From assembly GCA_965214405.1 (NCBI GenBank), contig OZ243956.1, positions 3,328,001 through 3,392,000 on the forward strand: DNA of 64,000 bases. The letters are read 5' to 3'. This document shows, in pieces, positions 53,627-63,508 of this stretch (its first letter is position 1; the number at the start of each line of letters is the position of its first letter). The notes beneath the pieces are model-generated. The model searched no databases, was not told the DNA's origin, and worked only from the letters and a program-made list of their open reading frames with translations. Origin of the DNA: Trueperaceae bacterium. GTDB taxonomy: Bacteria > Deinococcota > Deinococci > Deinococcales > Trueperaceae. The position numbers and the translations under genes were made by a program.

Positions 53627-55963
53627 GTGAATCTCTTAATCGGCCCGGCGGGGGCGGGCAAGACCGAGCGGTTGCTCGCGCGCGCGCGTGACGTGATGCG
53701 GGAGGGTAAGCGCGTCTGGTGGGTGGGGCTGCCGGGGCAGCGGGCTTATGTCTATAGGCGCGCGACGCGGGCGGGGGCGCTGTTGGGCTTGGAATTCCTC
53801 TCCTCACAGCAGGTCTACTACCGCCTCTTAGCGCGCGCCTTAAGGCTCAAGCCGCTGGTGGTCGGCACCGGGCGCGTGGCGCTGGTGGGGGAGGCGCTGT
53901 TGGAACTGCGCGGCGAACTGCCCGCGCCGGGTGAGGCGCGCTTATTCACTCGAGCCATCGCCGAAGCCAAGCGGTTTGGGGTGCTGGACGAGGATATCCA
54001 AGCTAAGGACGAGGAGACGAAGCGGTTTCGGGATGTGTTCAGGGTTTACGAAACCGTCAAGGGCGAACGGTGGGACTACGATGACTTCCGCACCGAGGCG
54101 CTGCGGTTGGCTAGAGCGGGCGAGGCGCAACCCGAGGCGGACTTAATCATCGTGGACGGGTTTCGGGAGGTGGGGCCGCTCGAGCTGGACCTGTTCAAGG
54201 CCCTCGGCCAGACCACCGAGCTGTGGCTGAGTCTACCCGAGGCCCCGCCCCTTGAAAAGCCGACCGAAATGTTGCCGCACAGGGAGAGCATGGGCGGGAG
54301 CACCCTCACCACCCACCGCGCGCCCAACCCGGTGAGCGAGGCGCGCTGGGTGCTGCGTTCCTTAAAGCGTGATTTGGCCGCGGGCCGCGACCCGCTTGAG
54401 CTGGCCGTCATTTTGCCCGACCGCGAGATTCGCGCGTTTCTGGCGCTTGCCGACGAGTACGGCGTGCCGACGATGGACGAGACGCCCAGGGCGCTCGCCG
54501 ACACGCTCGCGGGGCGGTTGCTGCTCGACTTGCTCGAGCTGCCCGACCACCCCACCGCCTCGAAGCTCTTGGCGCTCCCCGAACTCGCGCCGCTCGCCAA
54601 GGCTGCGCTGGACCGGGGCGTTGCCGGACTCCAAGCCATCACCACCCTGGCTGCGGAACTCGGGCTTTCCGGTCCCTTAAAGCGGTGGCTGGCGGTGCTC
54701 GAGGTGCCTGGCGAGCGGGTGGGCGACGAACTCGCCTGGGCTGAGGAGCTTCTTAATACGAGCTTGGTAGACGGTCGCCGTGACGAGGAGGGTCCCCTGG
54801 AGTGGCCGCGGTTCAAGGAGCACGCGCTGCAACGCGCCAAAGAGGCGAGCCGCATCGCCAAGGGCGCGTCGTTTCGCGCCTGGTGGGCGGCCTTGTTGCA
54901 TGAGACGTTTGTCTTTGATCGGCCTCGAGGCGGGGTCGCGGTGCTCAACGCGACGCTCGTGTCGGGGCGGCGTTTCGGGCGCGCCTATCTCATGCGCGCG
55001 GTCGAGGGCGCGTACAGCGTCGGGGAGGGCGAGGACTACTTCGTCCCTGAGGACGACCGCCAGCCGCTGCCGGTGGTGTTCGCACAGTATGGCCTGCCCA
55101 AACGTTTCCTTGGCCGTGACCGCGGGCTTTTTGCCGAACTCCTCACGCGTGCGGACGAGGTTGTCGTGACCTATCCCGAGGCGGACCAGGGCGGGCCCCT
55201 CGTGCCGCAGCGCGAACTCGTCGGCGCAGCGCCGACGCGCCTGCCGGACTTGGCGGCGGCGAGTCGGCTCGAGCTGCCCGGCACCTCCTACCGCGCCCCC
55301 TCGGAAGCCCTCAACTTGGGCACCATCTCGCTCCAAAACCTCATGCGCTACGACCGCTGCGCCTTTCAGTACTGGGCCGAGGCGCGGCTCAAAGAAGAGG
55401 GTGACGCGCCGTGGTGGCTAGCGCTCCTCAACGACATGCGCGACTACACGCGCCTGACGACTGCGCGGCTGGGGACGCTTCGGACAACCTACCCCGACGC
55501 GGCGGCGTGGCTGGACGTTTACGAAAAAGACCTCTCCCGCCTCCTCTTCGGCGTGACCTTACCCGAGGGTATGGAGAACCCCCACGCCCGCCTCGACGCG
55601 ACGCTGCGGCAGGGGAGCGAGGTCACGCTCTACCGTTTTGTCGAGCCCGGCACTGTCACCGATGAGGCGGGCGCGCAAGCTTATTTGCGAAAGCGTTGGA
55701 ACGAACTCTGGGCGGCGGGGTACACCCTCGAGCGCTACCGGGGCCGCGTGTCGGGCGTGCGCCTCGTTGTCTGGCCCATCCAGGGCGCGCCCCTTGACGC
55801 CTTTGGCGGCCCTATCACGTCCCTCCTGCGGCCTATTAAGAGCAGCCAATACAAGGCCGCGCGCGCCTACAGCCGCTTCGCCGCGGGCGACCTCTCGCCC
55901 TCCCCCGGTTTTATCTGCCGCGCGTGCCGCGTGTCGGACGTGTGTCGGGAGGGGCAGAGGTGA
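53627..55963 (+). CDS. addB: AddB-like subunit (degenerate helicase plus Fe-S-stapled nuclease-like domain)
   Basis: GPAGAGKT, IIVDGF, E.RWV...L, C-terminal CAFQY...CRACRVSDVC. Upstream of addA. Confidence 0.72.
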   Translation: MNLLIGPAGAGKTERLLARARDVMREGKRVWWVGLPGQRAYVYRRATRAGALLGLEFLSSQQVYYRLLARALRLKPLVVGTGRVALVGEALLELRGELPAPGEARLFTRAIAEAKRFGVLDEDIQAKDEETKRFRDVFRVYETVKGERWDYDDFRTEALRLARAGEAQPEADLIIVDGFREVGPLELDLFKALGQTTELWLSLPEAPPLEKPTEMLPHRESMGGSTLTTHRAPNPVSEARWVLRSLKRDLAAGRDPLELAVILPDREIRAFLALADEYGVPTMDETPRALADTLAGRLLLDLLELPDHPTASKLLALPELAPLAKAALDRGVAGLQAITTLAAELGLSGPLKRWLAVLEVPGERVGDELAWAEELLNTSLVDGRRDEEGPLEWPRFKEHALQRAKEASRIAKGASFRAWWAALLHETFVFDRPRGGVAVLNATLVSGRRFGRAYLMRAVEGAYSVGEGEDYFVPEDDRQPLPVVFAQYGLPKRFLGRDRGLFAELLTRADEVVVTYPEADQGGPLVPQRELVGAAPTRLPDLAAASRLELPGTSYRAPSEALNLGTISLQNLMRYDRCAFQYWAEARLKEEGDAPWWLALLNDMRDYTRLTTARLGTLRTTYPDAAAWLDVYEKDLSRLLFGVTLPEGMENPHARLDATLRQGSEVTLYRFVEPGTVTDEAGAQAYLRKRWNELWAAGYTLERYRGRVSGVRLVVWPIQGAPLDAFGGPITSLLRPIKSSQYKAARAYSRFAAGDLSPSPGFICRACRVSDVCREGQR

Positions 55964-55991
55964 GAGAGAAGGGAGAAGGGAGAAGGGAGAC
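55964..55991 (+). repeat. Heptamer tandem repeat (GGGAGAA) x4, imperfect
   Basis: GAGAGAA GGGAGAA GGGAGAA GGGAGAC between addB and addA. Confidence 0.75.
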
Positions 55992-56018
55992 GGGGGATGG
56001 GCTTTGGGGTGAGCGGGC

Positions 56019-58853
56019 GTGAAGGTTCGGGTGGCGTCGGCTGGGACGGGGAAGACGACGTCGCTGGTGTTGCGGTACTTAGAACTCATCGGGTGCGGGA
56101 CGCCGCTGCGCCGGGTGGCGGGGGTGACGTTCACGCGTGCGGCGGCGGACGAGTTGCGGCAGCGGGTGGGGGGAGGGTTGCGCGAGCTGTTGGAGGCGGG
56201 GGAGTATCTGGATTATTCGCTCCGCGAACGCTCGAAGCCCGCATTTGAGGAGGCGCGGCTCGAGCTTGACGGGGCCACCCTCACGACCATCCACGGGTTT
56301 ATGAGCCACGCGCTCCGTTTGGTCGCCCCCACGATGGGGTTGGACCCGGACTTCGGCGGCTTGGGCGAATGGGAGGCGCGGGCGATGTTTGAGGAGGAGT
56401 GGCGGTCGCTGCGCTATCTTGCGGAGAGCCCCGAACACGGCCTCCACGCGGCCTGCGCTCTCCTGGGCGATGAAGCGGGCGACTTCCTCCTGACGCTTTT
56501 CGGCGCGCGCTCGCTCACCGAACGTTTTTCCCCCGGCGACCACCCCACCCACCAGGCGCTCCAAACGCTCTTTGAGGCGGTCTACAAACGCTACGAAATC
56601 CGCCTGGGCGCAGGGCTCTTGCCCCCGAGCGAAATTGAGCGGCGCGCGCTCAAGCTCGTGCGTAACTCCAAAGCTTTGGAGCGCTTAGCGCTGCGCTACC
56701 ACACGGTGCTGGTTGATGAGTTTCAGGACGTAAACCCGTTGCAGGGTGAGTTTTTCGAGCGGCTCGAGGGTGGCGGCTTGCATATCGAGGTCGTGGGCGA
56801 CCCCAAACAGTCCATCTACGGCTTTCGCAACGCGGACGTCGGCGTGTTCCGCCGCGCCTTGGAAGGGGCGCTAGCAAGTGATTCGGTGCTTCCGCCCCTT
56901 GACCAAACGCGGCGTCACGCGCTCGTTATCACCCGTTTTTTGAACCACATGACGGGCATCTTTGCCGCGGGTGGTCTAGGCTTCGGGCTCCTCGAGGCCC
57001 CCGAGGTGAGCACCGTGGGCACCCAGACGGAGGTGCAGGGCCGTGTCGAGCTTCACTGGGTGGTGGGCGACGCGCCCGTGGCTGATTTACGTGCTGCGGA
57101 GGCCGCTGTCTTAGCGGCTCGCTTAAAGGCGCTCCATGAACGCGGTCACGCCTACGGCGAGATGGCGGTGCTCGCCCGCTCTTATGCGGGTCTCGGCGTC
57201 ATCGAGACGGCGCTGCGCGCGGCGGGACTGCCGTACGTGCTCGTGCAGGGGCGCGGCTATTTTGAACGGCTCGAGGTCCGCGACCTCTACCACGCGCTCC
57301 ACGTCGGCATCGACGCCTCGGGTCTCTCCTTGGCTGCCTGGTTGCGGAGCCCCTTTGCTGGCTTAAACCTCGCCGACGTGGACCGCTTGCTCCTCGCTGA
57401 GAATCCCCTGGAAAGGCTCGAGGCCGATTTCCCTGAAGTATTTGGACGCCTGGAGCGCATCCGCCAGCAGGTGCGCGGTACGCCGCTGGACGCGCTTAAA
57501 TTCCTCGTCCGTGCGCCCTTTGTTGGCGGAAAGCGCTACGTGGACTTTTTGGACGCGCGAGCCCGCGAGAACGTAGACGCGCTCCTTTTTACCGTGGCGC
57601 AGGGGCCGCCCGGTGAGATTGAAATCTTGCTGGACAGGTTGGAACTCCTTAGCCGCCAGGCCGACGCGGGCGACGTGCCCCAGAGCGGCGAGGGCATCTC
57701 GCTCCTCACCGTCCACCGCGCCAAGGGGCTCGAGTGGCCCGTCGTCGCCGTGTTCGACATGGGCCGTCAAAACCGCGCGCAGACCGGGACGCTTTATGTG
57801 AGGCCCGACGGCGCGATTCACTGTTATGACAGTGGCGGTTTCGAGGAGGCGCGAAAGCTCGTAAAAGCGCGCGAGGAGGGCGAGAGCTACCGCCTCCTCT
57901 ACGTCGCCGCCTCTCGAGCCCGCGACGTGCTTCTCATGACCGGGAGCGTCAAGGGAAATAAAGCCGACGGCTGGGCCGACGCGCTCTGCGCCATGAACTT
58001 AGGCCCCGACACCAAGCCTTACACCCGCCCCGACTTCGTGTTGCAGACGCATTCGCACCACCCGACGCGCTTTGCGCCGCAACCCACAGGGCTCGAGCCC
58101 ACCCCCATCACCCCCGCCCCTTACATCGACCGGCACTTCCCGCGCCACACCCACCCGCCCGTCACCTCGCCCTCGGCGCTCAAAAGCTCGCTTAACTCTG
58201 ATGTACAACCCGGTTCTCAACCCGGCTCTCACCCCTTCTCTCACCCTAGTCCTCACGCTGGTGTTGATACCCTCGAGGCCCACGAACCCCTGCCCTTTTC
58301 CGACCCCGACGAGGGCGAAAGGCTGCCCGGACGCGCCACCACCGTGGGCACGCTGGTTCACTACGCCATCTCCCAAAACTGGAGCGCCACAAACACGCAG
58401 CACGTAGAAAACCTCCGCGCGCAGGAGGTGATGTTCCCCTTTTTGCCCGACGAGCAGGAGAGCATTCTGGATGAGGTCCGCACCCTCCTCGGTTCCTACG
58501 AAAGCCTCTTAGGTGAGGCGCTGCCCGCGCTTGAAGCGCGCGCCGAAGACCACGCCGAACTGCCGATGGCCCTCCCGCAGGGCGCGACCGTCTGGCAGGG
58601 CGTCATCGACCGCCTCTACTACGCGAACGGGGTCTGGATTTTGGAGGATTACAAAACAGACTACGTCATCGCGCCAGAGCGCTACCACTTTCAGCTTGCG
58701 GTCTACTTGAAGGCGGTTCAGGAGGTGCGGGGGGTGACGCCGCGGGTGCGGCTGGTGTATTTGCGGGAGGGCGAGGTGCTCGAGCTGGCGCACGAAACGT
58801 TGACGGAAGTTTTCGAGGGGGCTCGAGCTCAGGCCAAAGGGGGAAGCACTTGA
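56019..58853 (+). CDS. addA: AddA-like UvrD helicase with C-terminal PD-(D/E)XK nuclease
   Basis: ASAGTGKT, TFTRAAA, TIHGF, VDEFQD, VGDPKQSIYGFR, TVHRAKGLE, YVAASRA, GVIDRL...EDYKT. Confidence 0.88.
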   Translation: MKVRVASAGTGKTTSLVLRYLELIGCGTPLRRVAGVTFTRAAADELRQRVGGGLRELLEAGEYLDYSLRERSKPAFEEARLELDGATLTTIHGFMSHALRLVAPTMGLDPDFGGLGEWEARAMFEEEWRSLRYLAESPEHGLHAACALLGDEAGDFLLTLFGARSLTERFSPGDHPTHQALQTLFEAVYKRYEIRLGAGLLPPSEIERRALKLVRNSKALERLALRYHTVLVDEFQDVNPLQGEFFERLEGGGLHIEVVGDPKQSIYGFRNADVGVFRRALEGALASDSVLPPLDQTRRHALVITRFLNHMTGIFAAGGLGFGLLEAPEVSTVGTQTEVQGRVELHWVVGDAPVADLRAAEAAVLAARLKALHERGHAYGEMAVLARSYAGLGVIETALRAAGLPYVLVQGRGYFERLEVRDLYHALHVGIDASGLSLAAWLRSPFAGLNLADVDRLLLAENPLERLEADFPEVFGRLERIRQQVRGTPLDALKFLVRAPFVGGKRYVDFLDARARENVDALLFTVAQGPPGEIEILLDRLELLSRQADAGDVPQSGEGISLLTVHRAKGLEWPVVAVFDMGRQNRAQTGTLYVRPDGAIHCYDSGGFEEARKLVKAREEGESYRLLYVAASRARDVLLMTGSVKGNKADGWADALCAMNLGPDTKPYTRPDFVLQTHSHHPTRFAPQPTGLEPTPITPAPYIDRHFPRHTHPPVTSPSALKSSLNSDVQPGSQPGSHPFSHPSPHAGVDTLEAHEPLPFSDPDEGERLPGRATTVGTLVHYAISQNWSATNTQHVENLRAQEVMFPFLPDEQESILDEVRTLLGSYESLLGEALPALEARAEDHAELPMALPQGATVWQGVIDRLYYANGVWILEDYKTDYVIAPERYHFQLAVYLKAVQEVRGVTPRVRLVYLREGEVLELAHETLTEVFEGARAQAKGGST

Positions 58854-58925
58854 AAATCAGCAAAGCAGACATTTTTAGATGTTGGTGGCTTTCACCCTTT
58901 CTCTAAACGTCCTATAATCATTGCT

Positions 58926-59087
58926 ATGACCACGCTGCTTCAAAAAGCCTTGAGAAAAGTTGCCAAACTGTCGAACGCAGAACAAGACGAAATCGCTGTG
59001 GATATTTTGGCGAGGCTCGAGCGCGACGCTGTGTCAACGGAGGGTTTACAAATTTTCCCCTTTCCCCATACTATAATCCTCCTATGA
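58926..59087 (+). pseudogene. Probable truncated antitoxin-like gene
   Basis: TATAAT-7 nt-ATG. MTTLLQKAL.KVAKLS..EQDEIA..IL resembles antitoxin N-termini. The resemblance ends at the CTCGAG near 59016. Confidence 0.4.
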
Positions 59088-59302
59088 CAAATACCGAAAC
59101 GCTCGAGATTCAGTATGTTTCCGATCAGGAAGGTAACCTCACCGGCGTCTTCGTTCCTATCGCGCTTTGGCAAGACCTCGAGGCAGAACTCGAGACACGT
59201 TACCTGCTGCAAAGTAGCGCGATGCGTGAGCGGCTGCTGGAGGCGAGAGCGCGTGACGGGGGTGTCCCTTTAGAGGAGACGCTTGAAAAGTTTGGAGTTT
59301 GA
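59084..59302 (+). CDS. YefM-like antitoxin
   Basis: ETRYLLQS.AMRERLLEA YefM-type C-terminus. Overlaps the YoeB gene. Confidence 0.75.
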   Translation: MTNTETLEIQYVSDQEGNLTGVFVPIALWQDLEAELETRYLLQSSAMRERLLEARARDGGVPLEETLEKFGV

Positions 59303-59537
59303 CGCCGCGTTCGAGGATCTGGCGTGGTGGGTGGAGCAGGACCGTAAGCTAGCTCTTCGCATCATCAAGCTCATTCGTGAGGTGCAGCGAACGCTTTTCA
59401 AGGGTACAGGTAAACCGGAAGCGCTCAAGCACGAACTCAAGGGTTGTGGGTCACGCCGAACCAACAAAGAGTATCGGCTCGTTTATGAAGTGAAAGAAGA
59501 CAAGATTCGGATTTTGGCCTGCCGTTACCATTACTGA
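59283..59537 (+). CDS. yoeB: Txe/YoeB toxin (possibly degenerate)
   Basis: AFEDLAWW, GKPEALKHEL, SRR...RLVY, CRYHY. The usual WSRRI reads GSRRT. Confidence 0.88.
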   Translation: MKSLEFDAAFEDLAWWVEQDRKLALRIIKLIREVQRTLFKGTGKPEALKHELKGCGSRRTNKEYRLVYEVKEDKIRILACRYHY

Positions 59538-59608
59538 TGTTTGGAGGGGCTCGAGCCCAGCTCTCCAAACTAAACGGACGTGCCTGGACCGGGCTTAATT
59601 CAAATCCT

Positions 59609-61348
59609 TTAGTAAGGCACGAACACGATCGCCGTCGAGATTTTCCGCTGGGTAAAGGCGGGGCGGTTGAGGGTCTGTCCGGCGGCGTAGAGGGTGCTCG
59701 AGCCGCCGCTGTCCATTTGCAGCGCGTCGGTTGCGCCGAGCGACAAAAAGAGCGGCACGAGCTCTCTGGCGGTCATGTTGGTGGCGGTCAAAAAAAGAAC
59801 CGTGCCGTCGGGTTTAACACCGACCGCGGCGCGGGTGGTGCGGCGGTTCACGGGCGACTCGGGGTTTTCTACGTCAAAAGCCTCGTTCCACGGCTCAAAG
59901 GCGGCGCGGCCCTCCCGGACGAGCAGCGGCCCCGCCTCGACGGCGTAGCGCACCGCGTTAAAGGCGGGCGGGTCGAAGGTCGTGTTCAAACTCGCGGCGT
60001 CGCCTGGGTTTACCAACGCCAACTCGCGTAAGGAGGGGTTGTAAAGGTCGGGCTTGTAGGTCACGACAAAACCCCCCTCGGGCACGCGGCGTGGGCCGAC
60101 TTTGTTCTCTAACACTCGCCCGTTCTGAACGACGATGATGCCCTCTCGAGGCGTGCCCACAAGCGCGTTCGCCGCTGTATGCACAGCGAAGGGTGGGTGG
60201 CTCGAGTCCAAAGACACCTTGCCCGAACCGTCCGCTCGGTAATCTTGTTCTTGAATATCCGTGGCGTAAAGCCGCCCGTTGATGCGGACCTTGAAAGTCG
60301 CTTGGATACGGTCTATCACGGGCTTACCTGCCCCGAAGCCGATACCCGCGCGGTTTCTCGAGGGGTACGAGAGCAGCGTATTGTCCACCTCTAAAAGCCC
60401 GATGGTTTGCCGGTTCTTGGTGTCGAAATAACTCGCGTTGATGCCGACCAAGCCGCCGCTCGAGAGTTCCGAGAGCGTGCGCGGCACGTACGACTCGCCG
60501 ACCACCCGAAACTCGCCGCTGCCGGGGGCGATTTCGACGATGTCCACATAGCTTGGCCCTTCAACCGTCGTGACCGTGGTGCGGCGGTAGCGTACACCGG
60601 GGTGGAGGTCGCCGCCCGCGGGCAGCGCGGGCACGTAGGCGGCGAGCCCCGCCGAGTCGCGCCGGTCGAGTCGCGCCTCGGCGTCTCCCGAAGCGGTTCC
60701 TGAATCCGGTTGAGCCGCGCTCATGGAGGATGGCGCGGGTGGTGCTGAGGCGAGGGCCGACGCATCCGCGGGCGTCACGTCCACGACCAGCCGCGTGGGG
60801 TTCTGGAGGTCGAACACCCGGTAGTGCATATCCGGACCCGTCAAGGAAACCCGCGTGCCCGCCGCGCTCGTGGCAACTGCCACATCCACGCCGTAAACAT
60901 TTTCGGGCACCGACACGGGCAGTAGGAGCGGCGGCAGCGTGAAGGAGAGGGGCGTCCCGGCGGTGAGGTCGCCTTCACTCTCGAGGCCGGTAAGGATGTT
61001 GGACTCGAGCCCCACCAAGTCAAACACAATCCGCACGCCCTCGCCCCGGCTCGCGCGCACGCCCTCGAGGCGAGGCAACGCGAGTCCCAACGCCTCCACC
61101 GTCGCCCCCGTGACGAACACCTCTCCACCCTGAACGACGGGCGCGTCCACCGCGTTCCCCGGCGACCAGCCGATGCCCGGCACGTAAGAGAACGTGTCGC
61201 CGCCGTAGCGTACGCTTACCACCCCGCTCTGTTGACTAGCGAGGGCGTCGGGCAGCCGGTAGAGCGCGTAAGGGTCAGCGTCGGCGAGACCCCAGCCGAT
61301 AGCAAGCCACAGGAGGGGCAACCAGGAGAGTTTTTTCACAGCGTTCAT
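59609..61348 (-). CDS. Exported phosphodiester glycosidase (NAGPA-like) family protein with AMIN-like segments
   Basis: Signal peptide, NPTRLVVD, GINASYF, AGPLLV, RAAVG, MDSGGSSTL. Confidence 0.82.
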   Translation of the reverse strand: MNAVKKLSWLPLLWLAIGWGLADADPYALYRLPDALASQQSGVVSVRYGGDTFSYVPGIGWSPGNAVDAPVVQGGEVFVTGATVEALGLALPRLEGVRASRGEGVRIVFDLVGLESNILTGLESEGDLTAGTPLSFTLPPLLLPVSVPENVYGVDVAVATSAAGTRVSLTGPDMHYRVFDLQNPTRLVVDVTPADASALASAPPAPSSMSAAQPDSGTASGDAEARLDRRDSAGLAAYVPALPAGGDLHPGVRYRRTTVTTVEGPSYVDIVEIAPGSGEFRVVGESYVPRTLSELSSGGLVGINASYFDTKNRQTIGLLEVDNTLLSYPSRNRAGIGFGAGKPVIDRIQATFKVRINGRLYATDIQEQDYRADGSGKVSLDSSHPPFAVHTAANALVGTPREGIIVVQNGRVLENKVGPRRVPEGGFVVTYKPDLYNPSLRELALVNPGDAASLNTTFDPPAFNAVRYAVEAGPLLVREGRAAFEPWNEAFDVENPESPVNRRTTRAAVGVKPDGTVLFLTATNMTARELVPLFLSLGATDALQMDSGGSSTLYAAGQTLNRPAFTQRKISTAIVFVPY

Positions 61349-61506
61349 AACGACAAGTCTATGACGAGGCTTAGGGCCTCAGATGAGGACTACCTCACTC
61401 CGGGGCTCAGGCGTTCTTTACTAAAGTCGCGGGGGTTAGGGTTGAGGTGGGGAGATAGGGGATAGAGAGGTAGGGAAGAATCCTTATCACCGTCCCCCCT
61501 CATCAC

Positions 61507-62292
61507 CTAAAGAGAGTGCAGCACTTCCGAAAAGCTGCTCGCCTCGAGCCGCGCCCCCAGCATGTGACCGAGCGAGAGCGCGAGGCCCTGCGCCTGAACG
61601 TCGCGCAAGCCCAGCGTCATCGCGCCTGCACTCACCGCGCGTTTTCGGAGGGAGCTCATGGTGTCGGGGGAGAGGTCCACCACGCTCAAATGCGGCCCTA
61701 AGAGGTCACTCGGCACCTGCATCGCCGGGTCCACCCGGACGAGCAGGTCGGCGCGTTCGATGATGCCGACGGCCAGGGGGTCCGCCTGCGCCTTGGCGAT
61801 GGTTTCGGTGCTCGCCGGAAGTTGTTGGGTGGTGCGTTCGGCCACGGGGCGGTTGGCGGCGAGGACGGCCAAGCGGCCCGCGCCCCCGCTCGAGAGTTCG
61901 CGGCTCACCGCCCGCGCCCGCGCGCCCGTGCCCAAAATCACCACGCTCGCACCCTTGACAATCCAGCCCGCCTCGCGCAAGGCCCCCCCGACCGCCCGGC
62001 CTAAGTTGTACTCCGCGATGAGCCCACCCGGCGTTACGGTAAGCGAGTCGGCGGCGGCGGTTTCCTGCGCGTCTAAGCTCGCCCTGGTCGCCGCGCCAAA
62101 AGCTTGCGTCTGGAGCGCGTCGTCCAAAAAGAGCGCGCCCGCGAAGTCGAGGGCTTCTAAACTCGCGGCCACCCGCGCCACGTCGGTCGTGGGCGGTATC
62201 GGGTGAAGGTGAAAAGGAAGCTGCGGGTCGCGGTAGTTAGAAAGCGCCCGCGCGAGAGCCGGATCGGAAGAGAGAACGGCGACGAGGTACAT
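61507..62292 (-). CDS. Shikimate dehydrogenase-like protein (divergent)
   Basis: Two-domain layout with VVILGTGARARA and NR. Canonical catalytic motifs are not visible. Confidence 0.6.
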   Translation of the reverse strand: MYLVAVLSSDPALARALSNYRDPQLPFHLHPIPPTTDVARVAASLEALDFAGALFLDDALQTQAFGAATRASLDAQETAAADSLTVTPGGLIAEYNLGRAVGGALREAGWIVKGASVVILGTGARARAVSRELSSGGAGRLAVLAANRPVAERTTQQLPASTETIAKAQADPLAVGIIERADLLVRVDPAMQVPSDLLGPHLSVVDLSPDTMSSLRKRAVSAGAMTLGLRDVQAQGLALSLGHMLGARLEASSFSEVLHSL

Positions 62293-62503
62293 GAGTTCAG
62301 TATAAGGCGAGGCGGGGGAGGAGGGAGCGGGGTGGCTCGAGGTCAAGACGCACCCCCTAAAGGTGTAGCTCATCTTTCGGTGCCAACGACCTTCAGCGTC
62401 TTCTTGAATATTGACTCTTTTATGGTTGGGTGAACGCCAAGGTCAAGCTGATAGTAGGTCTGGCTGGGAGATGTTGAGGGGAAGCAACGGGAAATGTTGA
62501 GCT

Positions 62504-63508
62504 TTAGTAAACTTCCTTAACCCGGCCCGTCGTTCCGCGCACCACAAGCTGCACAGGTAAAACTATTCTCCGGGGACGCATCCCCCTGGCCGCCTCCTGG
62601 GTAAGTTCAGCCAACGTATCCGCAAAGAGAGGGATGTCTTGCTTGACCGTCGTAAAGGCCCCGCCCATCTCCGGTAGGTCGTCAAAGCCGATGAGTGAAA
62701 TGTCTTCGGGGATAAACCGCCCCGCGTCCTGGATGGCGGCGGCGGCCCCCACCGCCATTTCGTCAGAAAGGGCGAAGAGCGCGGTGAAGTCGCGCCCGGC
62801 GCGTAGCGCCTCGCGTACGGCGAAAAACGCGCCCAAAGAGGTGTAGTCGCAGGTGAGGATATGCGCCGAGGTGAAAGGGACGCGCTGGGCGTGGAGTTCA
62901 GCGCGGAAACCCACGAGCCGCGCGTCGGCGAGACTCCCGACGATAGAGGGACGCCAGAAGGCCCCGCCGAGGGGCACCTTGCCGGTGAGCACGAGGAGAG
63001 TGCGGTGGCCCAAGCGCAAGAGGTGCTGAGCCGCCTGCCGCCCGCCGTCCGCGTCGTCCGGGCCCACGCAGCGTAGACCCTCCACCACGCCCGACACGAC
63101 GAAAGGTACCTCTTGGCGCTCGAGGTGAACAAACCTGGGGTCGTCGGGAGAGGGCGAGGCGACGACCATCACGTCGGTAAGCCGCTCCGGCAGCCCGTCT
63201 TCGCCCGAGGGTACGTCCTCTACCCGGTAACCCTGCGCGTAGAGCGCGGCGAAGAGCCTTTCGCGCATGAGCGTGGCGAAGGGGTGCAAGCGGCGCGCGC
63301 CGTGGGCGTCGTTCCAGCCCACCGTGGCGGTTTTGCGCATGACCAGCTCGCGCGCGGCCTGGTCGGGGCGGTAGTCGAGCCGCCGGACCGCCTCCAAAAC
63401 GGCCCGCCGCGCGCCCTCGCCGACGCCCGCCCGGTCGTTCAGAACGCGGCTCACGGTGCTCACCGAGACGCCCGCCGTGCTCGCGACCTCTTGAATGGTG
63501 ACTCTCAC
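62504..63508 (-). CDS. LacI-family transcriptional regulator
   Basis: TIQEVASTAGVSVSTVSRVLN, SLIGFDD. GTGA-coupled to the upstream permease. Confidence 0.92.
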   Translation of the reverse strand: MRVTIQEVASTAGVSVSTVSRVLNDRAGVGEGARRAVLEAVRRLDYRPDQAARELVMRKTATVGWNDAHGARRLHPFATLMRERLFAALYAQGYRVEDVPSGEDGLPERLTDVMVVASPSPDDPRFVHLERQEVPFVVSGVVEGLRCVGPDDADGGRQAAQHLLRLGHRTLLVLTGKVPLGGAFWRPSIVGSLADARLVGFRAELHAQRVPFTSAHILTCDYTSLGAFFAVREALRAGRDFTALFALSDEMAVGAAAAIQDAGRFIPEDISLIGFDDLPEMGGAFTTVKQDIPLFADTLAELTQEAARGMRPRRIVLPVQLVVRGTTGRVKEVY

